The notes: generated from the letters alone by a model not told the origin. A stretch of DNA of 64,000 nt from an archaeon (GCA_024276825.1 JAJRWI010000079.1:51365-115364); one strand, 5' to 3'; numbered from the stretch's first letter, positions 49,390 through 60,012 are shown. Numbers and translations are program-made.

Positions 49390-50979
49390 TCAGTTGGGAA
49401 CAGGCTCATAGCCCTTTCTTAGGACTGTATCGACTGCCTGATCCGAGGGATTTGGATAGTCTTTGTTGAAATGAGCGCCACGGGACTCGCTACGCATTCT
49501 TGCCATCTTCACAATGAGTTCTGCGACAGCAACAATATTTCGCAGTTCTACAAGGTCAGGAGTGATCTTGAAGTCCCAATAGAACTGATTTATCTCACGT
49601 GCGAGAAAGCCAATCCTGTTTCGTGCGCGAATCAGGCGCTTGTTTGATCTCACAATGCCGACATAATTCACCATGATTCTACGGATCTCGTCCCACATAT
49701 GGGAGAGAACCACAAGCTCATCAGAGTCTGAGGCATCCATTGGATCCCAAGGAGGGATCTCATAGGAGTTAGTATCACCATTGATGAATTTTGACGCGGT
49801 TTCAGCTGCATTCAGAGCAAGCACAGAAGCTTCAAGGAGTGAGTTCGAGGCCATCCTGTTTCCACCATGAAAACCGGTGCATGCGGTCTCGCCAATGGCA
49901 AAGAGACCCTTTACATCAGTCTGACCATTGATGTCCACCCGAACCCCACCCATCATATAATGCGCCCCTGGAACAACTGGTATTGGCTCGCAAGTGATAT
50001 CAACTCCTGCTTTCAGGCAGGTCTTATATATGGCGGGAAACCGTTCCTTCACAAAGGATGCATCCTTGAATGAGATATCGAGCCAGACATGCTCGGCACC
50101 AGTCCTCTTGAGTTCGTGGTCAATCGCCCGAGCAACAATGTCTCGGGGGGCCAACTCGGCATCGGGATGATATTTCGGCATGAAACGAGTGCCATCAGGA
50201 CCCAAAAGCTGTGCACCCTCCCCACGCAATGCCTCAGAGATGAGAAATGATCGAATCTTTGGATGATACAGCAGAGTTGGATGGAACTGTACAAACTCGA
50301 GATTCATCACTGTAGCTCCGACACGGTATGCCATAGCAATGCCGTCACCGGTGGCAACATCAGGATTACTAGTATAAAGAAAGACCCTGCCCGCACCACC
50401 TGTTGCAAGAACTGTTGCCTTTGCAGTGTATCGTTCTACCTCACCGGTATTCACATCAAGAACATAAGCTCCGTAAACACGATTATTTCTGGCAAAGAGG
50501 TTGACGGCCATGTGGTTCTCATAAAGATTGATGTTCTCAATCTCTTTCGCCCTCGTTATCAGCGCCAGTTCTATATCTTGGCCAGTGTGGTCTTTCACGT
50601 GAAGAACGCGTCTTTTTGAATGACCACCCTCAAGGCCAAGATCGTACGCATGTTCAGAAGTGTTTCTGCAGAACTCCACACCCAGTCTTGTGAGTTCATC
50701 AATTACTCGTGGACCAGAGGTCACAAACGAGCGGACAACATCAGGATGACAAAGACCTGCACCGACTCTGATAGTGTCATCTATATGGGCCTCGAACGAG
50801 TCCTCATTCGAAACCACTGCTGCAATCCCGCCTTGGGCCCTGTAAGTAGAGGACTCTGCCAATGTGCTCTTGGTGACCAAATTCACAGAACCATGCTCTG
50901 AGGCCTTTATCGAGAACAGTAGTCCCGCAAGACCACTACCAATGACGAGAAAGTCGGATTTGTAGAGCTTATTCATCAT
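49390..50979 (-). CDS. nadB: L-aspartate oxidase
   Basis: GSGLAGL, AQGGIAA, EGGHS.RR, QFHPT, ISEALRGEG, HY.MGG, HG.NR.ASNSLLE, ESRGAH. Confidence 0.95.
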   Translation of the reverse strand: MMNKLYKSDFLVIGSGLAGLLFSIKASEHGSVNLVTKSTLAESSTYRAQGGIAAVVSNEDSFEAHIDDTIRVGAGLCHPDVVRSFVTSGPRVIDELTRLGVEFCRNTSEHAYDLGLEGGHSKRRVLHVKDHTGQDIELALITRAKEIENINLYENHMAVNLFARNNRVYGAYVLDVNTGEVERYTAKATVLATGGAGRVFLYTSNPDVATGDGIAMAYRVGATVMNLEFVQFHPTLLYHPKIRSFLISEALRGEGAQLLGPDGTRFMPKYHPDAELAPRDIVARAIDHELKRTGAEHVWLDISFKDASFVKERFPAIYKTCLKAGVDITCEPIPVVPGAHYMMGGVRVDINGQTDVKGLFAIGETACTGFHGGNRMASNSLLEASVLALNAAETASKFINGDTNSYEIPPWDPMDASDSDELVVLSHMWDEIRRIMVNYVGIVRSNKRLIRARNRIGFLAREINQFYWDFKITPDLVELRNIVAVAELIVKMARMRSESRGAHFNKDYPNPSDQAVDTVLRKGYEPVPN

Positions 50980-51097
50980 CCTGAATTACCTGCTTTGTTT
51001 TTGAGTCAAAGGCAAGATATAATCATCGATTACGCAGAGATACGTGGTTCAAAAGATTTATTCAAACATTATGCGAATTTGTTCTTAGGAGGACAAT

Positions 51098-53374
51098 TTG
51101 TTGAGGAAACTGGCGATTCTTGCTGTTCTAACGATTACATTGATTCTGCCATTGTCAGTATCTTCTGCCACTATTAAGGAAGATTCTACAGAGCGACCGT
51201 ATATCGATAGACTGCAATACAAAGTCATTACCAGTGATGATCTGGCCATTAATGCCTTAATCAATGATGAGATAGATATGATATCAGAACCAATCGATCC
51301 AGGCTTTCAAGCACAATTAGAGAGTGCAGAGAATATTAAGATCGAATCGGTTCTGAGAAACGGGTACGGTTATGTCACAATCAACTGTGCAAAATATCCA
51401 TTCAATATAACAGCCTTTCGCAGAGCAGTTGCTTTTGCAGTAGACAAAGAGGCCATCTCAGAGAACGTGTGGGATGGGCTCTCACAACCACAGGACTCAG
51501 TAGTTCCTGCATTGAACCCATGGTCAGTTGAGGAGCAGCTTCCATACCACTACTATAAGGCAAATGTCGAACAGGGCAACCAGCTTCTAGATGATGCGGG
51601 TTTCGCAGATGTAGATTCGGATGGGATACGCGAAGCTCCCGATGGATCCGAGTTCAATGTGGTTATTGAGTGCGCATCGTCCTCAAATATTGCAATTGAA
51701 GTTGGTCAAATCTTTGAGACTGCTCTGACTAATCTCAATGTGAATGCAACTTCTGTTTCATCCGATTTTTACGATTACATAAACAGACTGTATTATCATG
51801 GGGACTATGACATGGTCTTCCTTGGCTCATCATTCAGCTCTTTCGATGTTGACTGGCTGGCTTATGAGTTCTGGTCAGAGTACGCAGACGAGTCATACTG
51901 GAACTTCCCCAACTTCAGAAATGCCACATATGACTCATGGAGAGACCAGTTGCTCTATAGTACCAATTATGATGATGTGTATGAAGCAGCCATAGAGATG
52001 CAGAAGATCTTGGTCTATGAGTCACCAGTGATCATCTGTTATGAGAATCTGATCAATTACGCACACAGGGATGACAGATTCACTGGTTTCATTCGGGATG
52101 TTTTAAATGGCCCAGTCAATTTCATGACCAATCTGAATGTCCGCATGAAATCAGGGTCTGGAGGAACTTTCAGAATCTCTATAGGCCAAAGCATTGATAC
52201 GTTCAATTTTATGACAACTTCGAGCAAATCTACTTTGAACATTCTGGAAAACTTGTATTGTTCATTGTTCCGACAAGTGCCAAATGGCGATCTGGAACCA
52301 TGGATTGCAAAATCGGTATATATTGAAACTCATGATGACAATTCAGAAGTTCCAGAGGGGCATATGCGAATTAACATAGAGATCTTTGACAACTATTCAT
52401 GGTCAGATGGTAATCCACTCACAGCATATGATGTTGCATTCTCAATGAATTACTATAAAGAAGGTGCAGGAAATCCCTATGGGGTAGATCTTGCAAGAAT
52501 GACCATCGCACAGGCACTCACTAAGACTAAGTTGTATTTCGAGTTTGAGCAGGAGTCATATTGGAATCTTAACATAATTGCCTTAAAGCCAATAATTCCA
52601 AGACATGTGTTCATTGACATTGGTGCTGACAAGTGGAGCACGTGGGACCCAAATCCACCTTCAGATAATATGGTTGTATCAGGAGGATTCATTATTAGTG
52701 ATTACAGGCCCGATGAGTATGTTGAGCTGGTTCCAAATCCCACATATTTCATTGGTCCCAGTGAGATGATGGTGGCAGAAGACAAGGGGTTCTCAATCAC
52801 ATGGAATGCTCTTTCAGGATTTGACATGTCATACATAATATGGCTGAATGACTCGTTGATTGAGGCAGCAGGAATTGATGCCACAGGGACAATAACCTTC
52901 ACATCAGAGGGGCTCAATCCAGGAGTGTATAACCTGACGATTCAGATGTTTGGTCTGAACGGGCAATTTATCAGCAGAACCACATGGATTCAAGTCATTG
53001 CAGATCCATTCATTGAGGCCCCTAGCACTTTTGTCTTTGTATATGGGACCACTGGAAACTATATCAGTTGGCATGTTTGGGGAGACCTCCTGCTTAATTA
53101 TACGATTTGGATTGATGGGGAGATACTTGAATCAGGAGCGATATTTGAAGCCAGCAATATCACCATTGGAGTCGACAACCTAACTGCAGGCACTCACAAT
53201 GTGACACTGCAGGTGTTAAATCAGGTGGGAGGTTCAGCGGTAAACGAAGTAATTGTAGATGTAACACGGCCAGCATTTCCCTTTCCAACGCTGGGCATTT
53301 CAGAGATTATCACAATTGGGTCATTAATTGTAATTGTGGTGTTTGGCTCGTTGATAATAAAGTCCAGACGCTAG
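51098..53374 (+). CDS. Family-5 (OppA/DppA-like) solute-binding protein, circularly permuted, with Ig-like repeats and a C-terminal TM anchor
   Basis: FRRAVAFAVDK, WSDG.PLTA.DVAFS, GGTFR; signal peptide; C-terminal TM followed by KSRR. Confidence 0.87.
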   Translation: MLRKLAILAVLTITLILPLSVSSATIKEDSTERPYIDRLQYKVITSDDLAINALINDEIDMISEPIDPGFQAQLESAENIKIESVLRNGYGYVTINCAKYPFNITAFRRAVAFAVDKEAISENVWDGLSQPQDSVVPALNPWSVEEQLPYHYYKANVEQGNQLLDDAGFADVDSDGIREAPDGSEFNVVIECASSSNIAIEVGQIFETALTNLNVNATSVSSDFYDYINRLYYHGDYDMVFLGSSFSSFDVDWLAYEFWSEYADESYWNFPNFRNATYDSWRDQLLYSTNYDDVYEAAIEMQKILVYESPVIICYENLINYAHRDDRFTGFIRDVLNGPVNFMTNLNVRMKSGSGGTFRISIGQSIDTFNFMTTSSKSTLNILENLYCSLFRQVPNGDLEPWIAKSVYIETHDDNSEVPEGHMRINIEIFDNYSWSDGNPLTAYDVAFSMNYYKEGAGNPYGVDLARMTIAQALTKTKLYFEFEQESYWNLNIIALKPIIPRHVFIDIGADKWSTWDPNPPSDNMVVSGGFIISDYRPDEYVELVPNPTYFIGPSEMMVAEDKGFSITWNALSGFDMSYIIWLNDSLIEAAGIDATGTITFTSEGLNPGVYNLTIQMFGLNGQFISRTTWIQVIADPFIEAPSTFVFVYGTTGNYISWHVWGDLLLNYTIWIDGEILESGAIFEASNITIGVDNLTAGTHNVTLQVLNQVGGSAVNEVIVDVTRPAFPFPTLGISEIITIGSLIVIVVFGSLIIKSRR

Positions 53375-53691
53375 TGTGGATATGTGATTCCAGCAAGTAA
53401 TGACTTACACTGGAGGTGAAATCAGGCAAGAATAGAGCCCCATTTTTGCTGTCCATAAATATGAGAACCTTTTCAAAAATGAGAGCCATGGCTAAATGAA
53501 CAAGTTTTTCAATGATGTTTTTTGAAAGAGTTCAAGGGCCCCCACCCGAAATAGTGGATATGTTATACCCATGTATATAGTGAAACACCGAATCGAAAAG
53601 AATCCTTGTTCCAACAAACAACAATTCAACAAGAAGTATGTTCATCGTACCGAGTTTAGAGATGATCATCACAGTTCAATGAACAGTATGC

Positions 53692-54591
53692 TTGGAGGCA
53701 ATGAACTTGGAAATTGAAGGAGTGATCATTTTCGACGCAAAATCAGGGATCCCCTTGTTTTCAAAACTCAAGAGTGATATAGACCCATCCCTATTCTCTG
53801 GATTCATTGCAGCAATAGGGCATTTTTCAAATGAGCTGAAGTTGGGAGGCCTCTCCTCGTTCTCAACTGAGGAGAAGGTGATCTTTCTTGCACCACATGA
53901 TAATGTTGTCACTGCACTCGTGGCTCCAAAGAAGCCTGAGTATCAACAGGCATATGCCTTAGCAAAGGAGTTGGGGATGGAGTTCTCAAATAAAATCAAA
54001 ATCAAAGCAGGAGCACCACCAGAAGCAAATATTGAGTTTACTGCCATTGTAGACGAGTTTATGAGAAAAATTAGGCATCCCTTCATCAGTCGTGCTGCAG
54101 ACTTCCTTCATAAGAAGTATGGCGGTGAGGTTTCAATAAAGGCAAGGATGATGCGAGAGTCTGGCACTGAGGACATAATGGACATTCTGATTAATCTTGG
54201 TGTGAAGAACGACTCGGGGAGCAAGAGCGGAAAGAAAAGACCATTGGCAGAGATGCTCTCTGAAAACTTCATCTTCTGCAAAGTTGTTGACGGGAGAATC
54301 AGTCGTGCAGAGGTAATTGATTTTGTAGAGTCCTTGGGAGGTTATGGTGCACGAATCTTTGAGAAGGAAGAGCTCAAGTTTGTCCCATATTATCCCTCAA
54401 GGGCAATAATTGTGGCAAGAGAGTTCAGTCCAGAAGCCATTGAGTTTCTGAAGAAACTGCCAAGGCAAAATAACAAACCCATGGTGGAAGCTACAATGTT
54501 CTCACTACGAAGGGAGTCATTTCTCAGATGCCCGCTAGACCTCTATGAGTGGAGAGAGAATGGAGAACCTGATGAGGTCGTCCTAGACTAA
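53692..54591 (+). CDS. Longin-domain protein fused to a degenerate Mrr-like (PD-D/ExK) domain
   Basis: N-terminal IIFD.KSGIPLFS......LFSGFI.AI..FS.E (longin-like); C-terminal SG....DI...IFCK......V..F...AIIVA..FS.EA. Confidence 0.7.
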   Translation: MEAMNLEIEGVIIFDAKSGIPLFSKLKSDIDPSLFSGFIAAIGHFSNELKLGGLSSFSTEEKVIFLAPHDNVVTALVAPKKPEYQQAYALAKELGMEFSNKIKIKAGAPPEANIEFTAIVDEFMRKIRHPFISRAADFLHKKYGGEVSIKARMMRESGTEDIMDILINLGVKNDSGSKSGKKRPLAEMLSENFIFCKVVDGRISRAEVIDFVESLGGYGARIFEKEELKFVPYYPSRAIIVAREFSPEAIEFLKKLPRQNNKPMVEATMFSLRRESFLRCPLDLYEWRENGEPDEVVLD

Positions 54592-54595
54592 TCAT

Positions 54596-56950
54596 TCATC
54601 GATGAAATGTGAATATCACCCGCTCACTGAGTGGAACTGCCCTTACAAAGGGAGAGTCGGTGCCAGGAGACCGTTCAATAATAGACCCACCAAATGCCTT
54701 GATAAGTGACACTGAAAAACTCAGCGGTACATGAAGTTCAATCTCGCCAGGAGGACTAGGCATGTTAAGTTCTATCTGATACTGGTTTTTTGAGCTGGCC
54801 ATCTCTAGATCAATTGGGCCAAATAATGTTGGAACTTGACGGATAAGTAGAGGGCTTGTTGAGGTGAACCATTCTTCTGGAATCCCAGGAAGTAGTATCA
54901 AGTCATTGCCAGCATAATGAATGATCATACGACGCACTAAGAGAATAATATCAGCAGCCGCTTTTATGCTGCAACCATAGCCAGCACACCCCCCATGAGT
55001 ATTAGGATTTACAAAATCGGGGAAAGTGTCAAAACTACTGGCATATTGCAATGCATTAAGAAGGAGTCTGTCTGCATCATGACGTCTTGTCATCATTGCG
55101 TAATATTCTGCCAATCTTAAGGCAAGATGACTCGATAGACATTCCCTTGTGCCACTAATATCGAATAGGTCCTTCTTGATGTGCGAGTTTATCTGTTTAT
55201 CAACAAAACTGGAGAATGCATTGGACCTCAGGCCAGGGGTTTCTACAGAGACCAATGAGCTGAGTACGCTCATGGCTTGGGAGGCAGTGAGATCGAGTGT
55301 CAATAGATTGCCAAGATGCTTTTGGACAACCCTGTGTAGTTTTGGGATGAGGTCCTGTACAATCGATTTGGCTTCAGGAGATAGAAACTTCTGGATAATT
55401 CTCAATAGGGCATGAGTCCACATCTCACGCAATGTACGCCTGAAATACTTGTCAGGGGAAGACTCATAGTTTCGATCAATATGAACTAATTTAGACCAAT
55501 TGACAGAGCCAAGAAGAGAAGATATTCTTTCATGAGTATCATGCCGCTCATTGGGAGTAGAGGGAGGTCTTGGTATTGAAAGTCCTTCACTCATACCTGC
55601 AGCACTTGATGATTCCGTGCTCTCAGCTTGAGTAGCATCCATGGACTCAAAGATATAGTTGTATGAAGCAGAAAATAAAACAGGAAGAATTGAGTCAATC
55701 AACGAGTCAAAAGAACCATTGGAAGCCTTATCCCCTACATGAAGAAAATTGTAGAACAATGCCCATACAATTGGGAACAGCAAGTCAAGTCCTTGTTTGA
55801 GCCCCTGGTCGAGTGATTGCTGTAAGGCATTATATGACTCTTTGATAATCGCACCGCAACCTGAGAGGGTCATTGCCATAAGGATTCTTGCAGCATCAAT
55901 TGAGCCCTGAATGTCGTCAGGCAATGGCTTGCTAATCATCTCATCATAATACATTATCACCAAGGTGGCCTTTGCCTGGGCCAGTGCATTACCAACTACC
56001 TCATCAGGATAGATGCCAATCATTTTATGTCCAGTAAAGGAGAACCATGCATCAACACTCTTTTCAATGGCAGATGAGTCCATCACAAACTCAGGTATGG
56101 AATCATCCTTATCAATACTAGACAGGGGTGAAACGAAGAAGAATGATTGTGTCCCAGCGGGACGTAGATGAATGCTAAATCTCAAGAGTGCAGTAGCAAG
56201 TCCCTTAACAGATGTATAGCTCTGATCACTCGTTTCACTGTTCATTCCCCTGTCAATCAAATTGGGATTATCACAGGTTGTGATTGCGACAGCGGAAGGG
56301 GCCTCATTCATTAAGCACGCCAAACAGCCATTAGAATAGAGCACATTATTCGCCGAGTCAAACTCTATTGACTCAATGGGTTCGAACCCAAGGGGCGAGA
56401 GAGGCTTTAAGATCACTACAAAATCGAAGTTCTTCTCTTCAAGGGCAAGATTGCGAACTTTAACCTCGTTAAACACTGCTTCGTTGTTGCCATCATTGAC
56501 ATAGTATATTAATCGGGTGAATTCGATGGGACCAAGTGTGATTGACCATTCATAGACCTGGTCCTCTGGTGAAACAAGACGCAGTCTTGGAATATCATCC
56601 TCATAACTGGGTCTAACAAGTAAACCATCCTGAAGAGCGCATATATCAATAGATCCGCATTCCCTGTTTGCCCAGACCGACCCGAACTTGTCCACAATGC
56701 CATAGGTCTTGCCACCAACACCGCCCACAACTGCCCAGTTCCGATGTTCATCATTAGTGATGGCCCCTGAAGATTCATCAGACTTGACCCAGTGTGGCAA
56801 TAGGGACTCATGGCATGTCTTTAAGACAATAGCGTTCAAGCGGCCCCTCAACTGATCGAGCTCTTCATCATGAGACAGGCCTGTATCAAGGTCGAGCTTG
56901 ATACGGTAATTCATTGCGGTTTTGCGGAAACGCTCTAGTCTCGATGACAT
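54596..56950 (-). CDS. Six-hairpin glycosidase-like protein (divergent)
   Basis: N-terminal beta domain (RNW..VG...G.VD..G.V), helical middle, C-terminal L.LLPGIP.EW...PT.FG.I typical of (alpha/alpha)6 GH tails. Confidence 0.6.
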   Translation of the reverse strand: MSSRLERFRKTAMNYRIKLDLDTGLSHDEELDQLRGRLNAIVLKTCHESLLPHWVKSDESSGAITNDEHRNWAVVGGVGGKTYGIVDKFGSVWANRECGSIDICALQDGLLVRPSYEDDIPRLRLVSPEDQVYEWSITLGPIEFTRLIYYVNDGNNEAVFNEVKVRNLALEEKNFDFVVILKPLSPLGFEPIESIEFDSANNVLYSNGCLACLMNEAPSAVAITTCDNPNLIDRGMNSETSDQSYTSVKGLATALLRFSIHLRPAGTQSFFFVSPLSSIDKDDSIPEFVMDSSAIEKSVDAWFSFTGHKMIGIYPDEVVGNALAQAKATLVIMYYDEMISKPLPDDIQGSIDAARILMAMTLSGCGAIIKESYNALQQSLDQGLKQGLDLLFPIVWALFYNFLHVGDKASNGSFDSLIDSILPVLFSASYNYIFESMDATQAESTESSSAAGMSEGLSIPRPPSTPNERHDTHERISSLLGSVNWSKLVHIDRNYESSPDKYFRRTLREMWTHALLRIIQKFLSPEAKSIVQDLIPKLHRVVQKHLGNLLTLDLTASQAMSVLSSLVSVETPGLRSNAFSSFVDKQINSHIKKDLFDISGTRECLSSHLALRLAEYYAMMTRRHDADRLLLNALQYASSFDTFPDFVNPNTHGGCAGYGCSIKAAADIILLVRRMIIHYAGNDLILLPGIPEEWFTSTSPLLIRQVPTLFGPIDLEMASSKNQYQIELNMPSPPGEIELHVPLSFSVSLIKAFGGSIIERSPGTDSPFVRAVPLSERVIFTFHR

Positions 56951-57142
56951 TGTCCTATCTCTCAGTTCAACAGGTGTGTGCTTGATATTCATATCATGCC
57001 ATCTATATAATTAATCCGTGCATGAGTTAATTGACAAGTATTATGAGTGATAAATCCTTAAGTAGATTTGAAATTGGGAATAAGCAACGAAGGAACAAAT
57101 ACAGAATTGTTCATTGCGACTTGTGAAGAAGAGTGAGTCATT

Positions 57143-58315
57143 ATGGCAGAAGTCATCACCAAGCCATACGGCAGAATAACCAATATGATTGCTAAGGAGC
57201 TACGATTGATTTTCAAGGACAAGGTAGCACTCTTCCTCATCTTTCTGCTGCCAGCAGCGCTCATTGGAATACTCTCTTTTGTCATCGATCAAAGTGATAT
57301 GGGAAATGTCACACTGGGTTCTGACAACGGTGGAAACCTAGAGAATTCAACATCGATGGCATCAGACACAATCTTGGGACTGATTGATCAGGACACATCA
57401 AGAACATTTAACGGACCCGACCTATCATCGGAGTTCACGGATGTTTTACGGAATGTGACAGGTGTTCTGATAATCTATGATACGACGGAGCAGGCATATC
57501 AAGACCTGTATGAAGGGCGGATAGATGGATATGTGGTCATCCCAGACGGATTTGAGGCAAACCTGACCAAAAACATCCCGACTTATGTTGAAGTGCATAT
57601 GGACGCCACAGATATGGTGACTCAGAACTCTGTGCTAGGTACGGTTCAGAGTGCGACTATCTGGTTTCGAGCAAACCATTTTTGGATTCGCTCTGAAGTG
57701 TTTCCAAATATGATACTTGAGTTCACACCAGAAGGAAACTATCTGGCCACTGTATTCGGCAGTTTCATTGTGATATTCTCCAGCTATCTTGGAATAGCAA
57801 TGACCTCGGCCCAATCAATCGTTGGTGATGTGCCATTGAGAAGAATGCTTTTGACACCGACAAACAGGTTGGAGGTCATTCTGGCAAAGGTCCTGGCCTA
57901 TCTGATAATTGGGTTCTTTCAATCATTGTTTCTGGTTTCTCTATGGGTGGTGACTTTTAATCTGAACCTCAATACTGGATTTGAAACCCTGATTATCATC
58001 ATGTGCCTTACTTCATTGACAGGGTCAACAACTGGCATCTTGATATCGTCAATATCATCATCACGTCTTCAGGCCAATCAGATGTTCCTGTTTGTGATGT
58101 TTGGAACGCTCATTCTTGCAGGATTCTTTATCGATGTGGGATTCTTTGACGAGATACTCCCAATGAATCAAGGACTGAGAGTTCTAATCGACACCGCTTT
58201 CAAGGGTTTGACCCTTATTGATGTGTGGCCCTCAGTGGCCAAACTTGTAGGGTTCTCGCTGCTTGCAATCTTTGCATCCACGATCATATTCTCAAAGAAG
58301 CCCACGCTGGGGTAG
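57143..58315 (+). CDS. ABC-2 type exporter permease
   Basis: KELR...D, IP.GF, R.LLTP....I.AK, six TM segments. Confidence 0.9.
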   Translation: MAEVITKPYGRITNMIAKELRLIFKDKVALFLIFLLPAALIGILSFVIDQSDMGNVTLGSDNGGNLENSTSMASDTILGLIDQDTSRTFNGPDLSSEFTDVLRNVTGVLIIYDTTEQAYQDLYEGRIDGYVVIPDGFEANLTKNIPTYVEVHMDATDMVTQNSVLGTVQSATIWFRANHFWIRSEVFPNMILEFTPEGNYLATVFGSFIVIFSSYLGIAMTSAQSIVGDVPLRRMLLTPTNRLEVILAKVLAYLIIGFFQSLFLVSLWVVTFNLNLNTGFETLIIIMCLTSLTGSTTGILISSISSSRLQANQMFLFVMFGTLILAGFFIDVGFFDEILPMNQGLRVLIDTAFKGLTLIDVWPSVAKLVGFSLLAIFASTIIFSKKPTLG

Positions 58316-59995
58316 GTGAATAGTATGTTTCAAGACACGCAGACATCCGTTGAGATTCCACGTTTCGTTGAGGAGGCACACTTCTCAGGAAACAGAATAG
58401 CGGATGCCGTTGACTGGTTGTTGGCAAGAAATGACAGAGAGATTCATTGCGACATTCAAGGAACGCATGTTCAGACAAAGAAAGATGTACGATTTCGCGG
58501 CAAGATTCTGAAGTTCAAAAAGGGCGTGCGTGCCCGCTGGATTGCAGTTCTCGTTGAGGAGGACTTGCGCAGAAGAAAGACTGAAGAGCTGGACTTTGTA
58601 CTGACAGTCGGAGGAGAGAAGGCCACTAACACTGATATTGCAGCAAGCGAGATCACACTTCTCAACTATCTGAAGCGAAATTTGTCAGATGATCTGTACT
58701 ATGAGGGGCGAGACCTACAGCAGGCAGTAAAAGATGTTTCTAAAATGAAGAGTAGCCATCAGATGAAATGCACTGTTTGGGGAAAAAGGGCTTCTGATAG
58801 GCTGCCAATAATGATCTCAGGCACCATTGTCGCGGCAGAGATCGAGCCCGCTCCTATCTTACCCGAGGGTTATCTAGAGATTCGTGTGAAGCCAGAGGGC
58901 ACTGTAGGAGATCCAAAGATATTCAGAGTGATAGAACCCCAGTTTCTGTTCAGTACAAAGTCAAACCCGAATCTCACAGTTATTGCTGAAAAAGTCTACA
59001 TCCAGCCGTTTGTATGGCAAGAGGCTCCTGCATTTAGAAATGTTCTCGAAGCCAGAAACTTGACAGTCAAGATTCGTTCTGGCAAAAAGCTGATAGAGAA
59101 TGTGTCCTTTGCCATCAAGGAGGGCGAGATGCTTGCCATTATTGGAGAGTCAGGAGCTGGAAAGTCAACAACAATCAAGGCCCTGATTGGGGACATCCCG
59201 AGCACAGGAGTTGCAAGAATTGCAGGAATAGACTCACGACAGAAGAAAAAGGTACGCTACTTCTTTGGCTATTGCCCACAGGACTTGAGCTACATGTATG
59301 AAACCTTCACCCCGCTGGAGAACATTATTGCCTTTGGAAAGCAGTATGACATTCCTGAGTGGGAGTTGATAAAGAGGGCCAGACAACTACTCAAGGACTT
59401 CAACATTCTGGAAAAGGGGGGAAATAAGACAAAAGAGCTAAGTGGGGGTCAACAACGGAGAGTCTCAATTGCGATTGCTCTGGTCCATAGACCAAAAGTA
59501 CTATTGATGGATGAACCCACTAGTGGTCTTGATCCAGATAACAGGAACGAACTCTGGCACTTTCTTGATTACATCAATCAGGAATACGGGACTTCAATAG
59601 TTGTAGTAACACATTATCCTGCAGAGGCGGAGTTCTGCGACAAGGTCGCTGTGTTCATGCGTGGAAAAAGCCTTGTTGCATTTGGAAGCCCAACGAAACT
59701 AAAGGAGTCTATGCCATCAAGAGGTTTTGCAGTGGGAATCGTTCTTGAGGAAGTCAACCCTAAGGCAAGAAAGATTCTGGAGCAGGTCAAGGGGGTACAG
59801 TTTGTCCTTCAGAGGGGAGAGTTATTGAAGGTGTTCACTGAGGAGCCGCTGCAGGTCATAGCAGAACGATGTGTTGCCGCTCTAAAGGAGAAAGACATTC
59901 CAGTGAAGATTGTTAAGACTAAGGCCGTGGCGGACATGGTGGATTACTATATCGCCATAACTAGAGGGCTCATTACAGGAATCATTGAGAAATAG
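58316..59995 (+). CDS. ABC exporter ATP-binding protein with an unknown ~240-aa N-terminal extension
   Basis: GESGAGKST, LSGGQQRR, MDEPTSGLD, VTH in the C-terminal half. Confidence 0.9.
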   Translation: MNSMFQDTQTSVEIPRFVEEAHFSGNRIADAVDWLLARNDREIHCDIQGTHVQTKKDVRFRGKILKFKKGVRARWIAVLVEEDLRRRKTEELDFVLTVGGEKATNTDIAASEITLLNYLKRNLSDDLYYEGRDLQQAVKDVSKMKSSHQMKCTVWGKRASDRLPIMISGTIVAAEIEPAPILPEGYLEIRVKPEGTVGDPKIFRVIEPQFLFSTKSNPNLTVIAEKVYIQPFVWQEAPAFRNVLEARNLTVKIRSGKKLIENVSFAIKEGEMLAIIGESGAGKSTTIKALIGDIPSTGVARIAGIDSRQKKKVRYFFGYCPQDLSYMYETFTPLENIIAFGKQYDIPEWELIKRARQLLKDFNILEKGGNKTKELSGGQQRRVSIAIALVHRPKVLLMDEPTSGLDPDNRNELWHFLDYINQEYGTSIVVVTHYPAEAEFCDKVAVFMRGKSLVAFGSPTKLKESMPSRGFAVGIVLEEVNPKARKILEQVKGVQFVLQRGELLKVFTEEPLQVIAERCVAALKEKDIPVKIVKTKAVADMVDYYIAITRGLITGIIEK

Positions 59996-60012
59996 ACTAC
60001 AGGGGATTAGGA

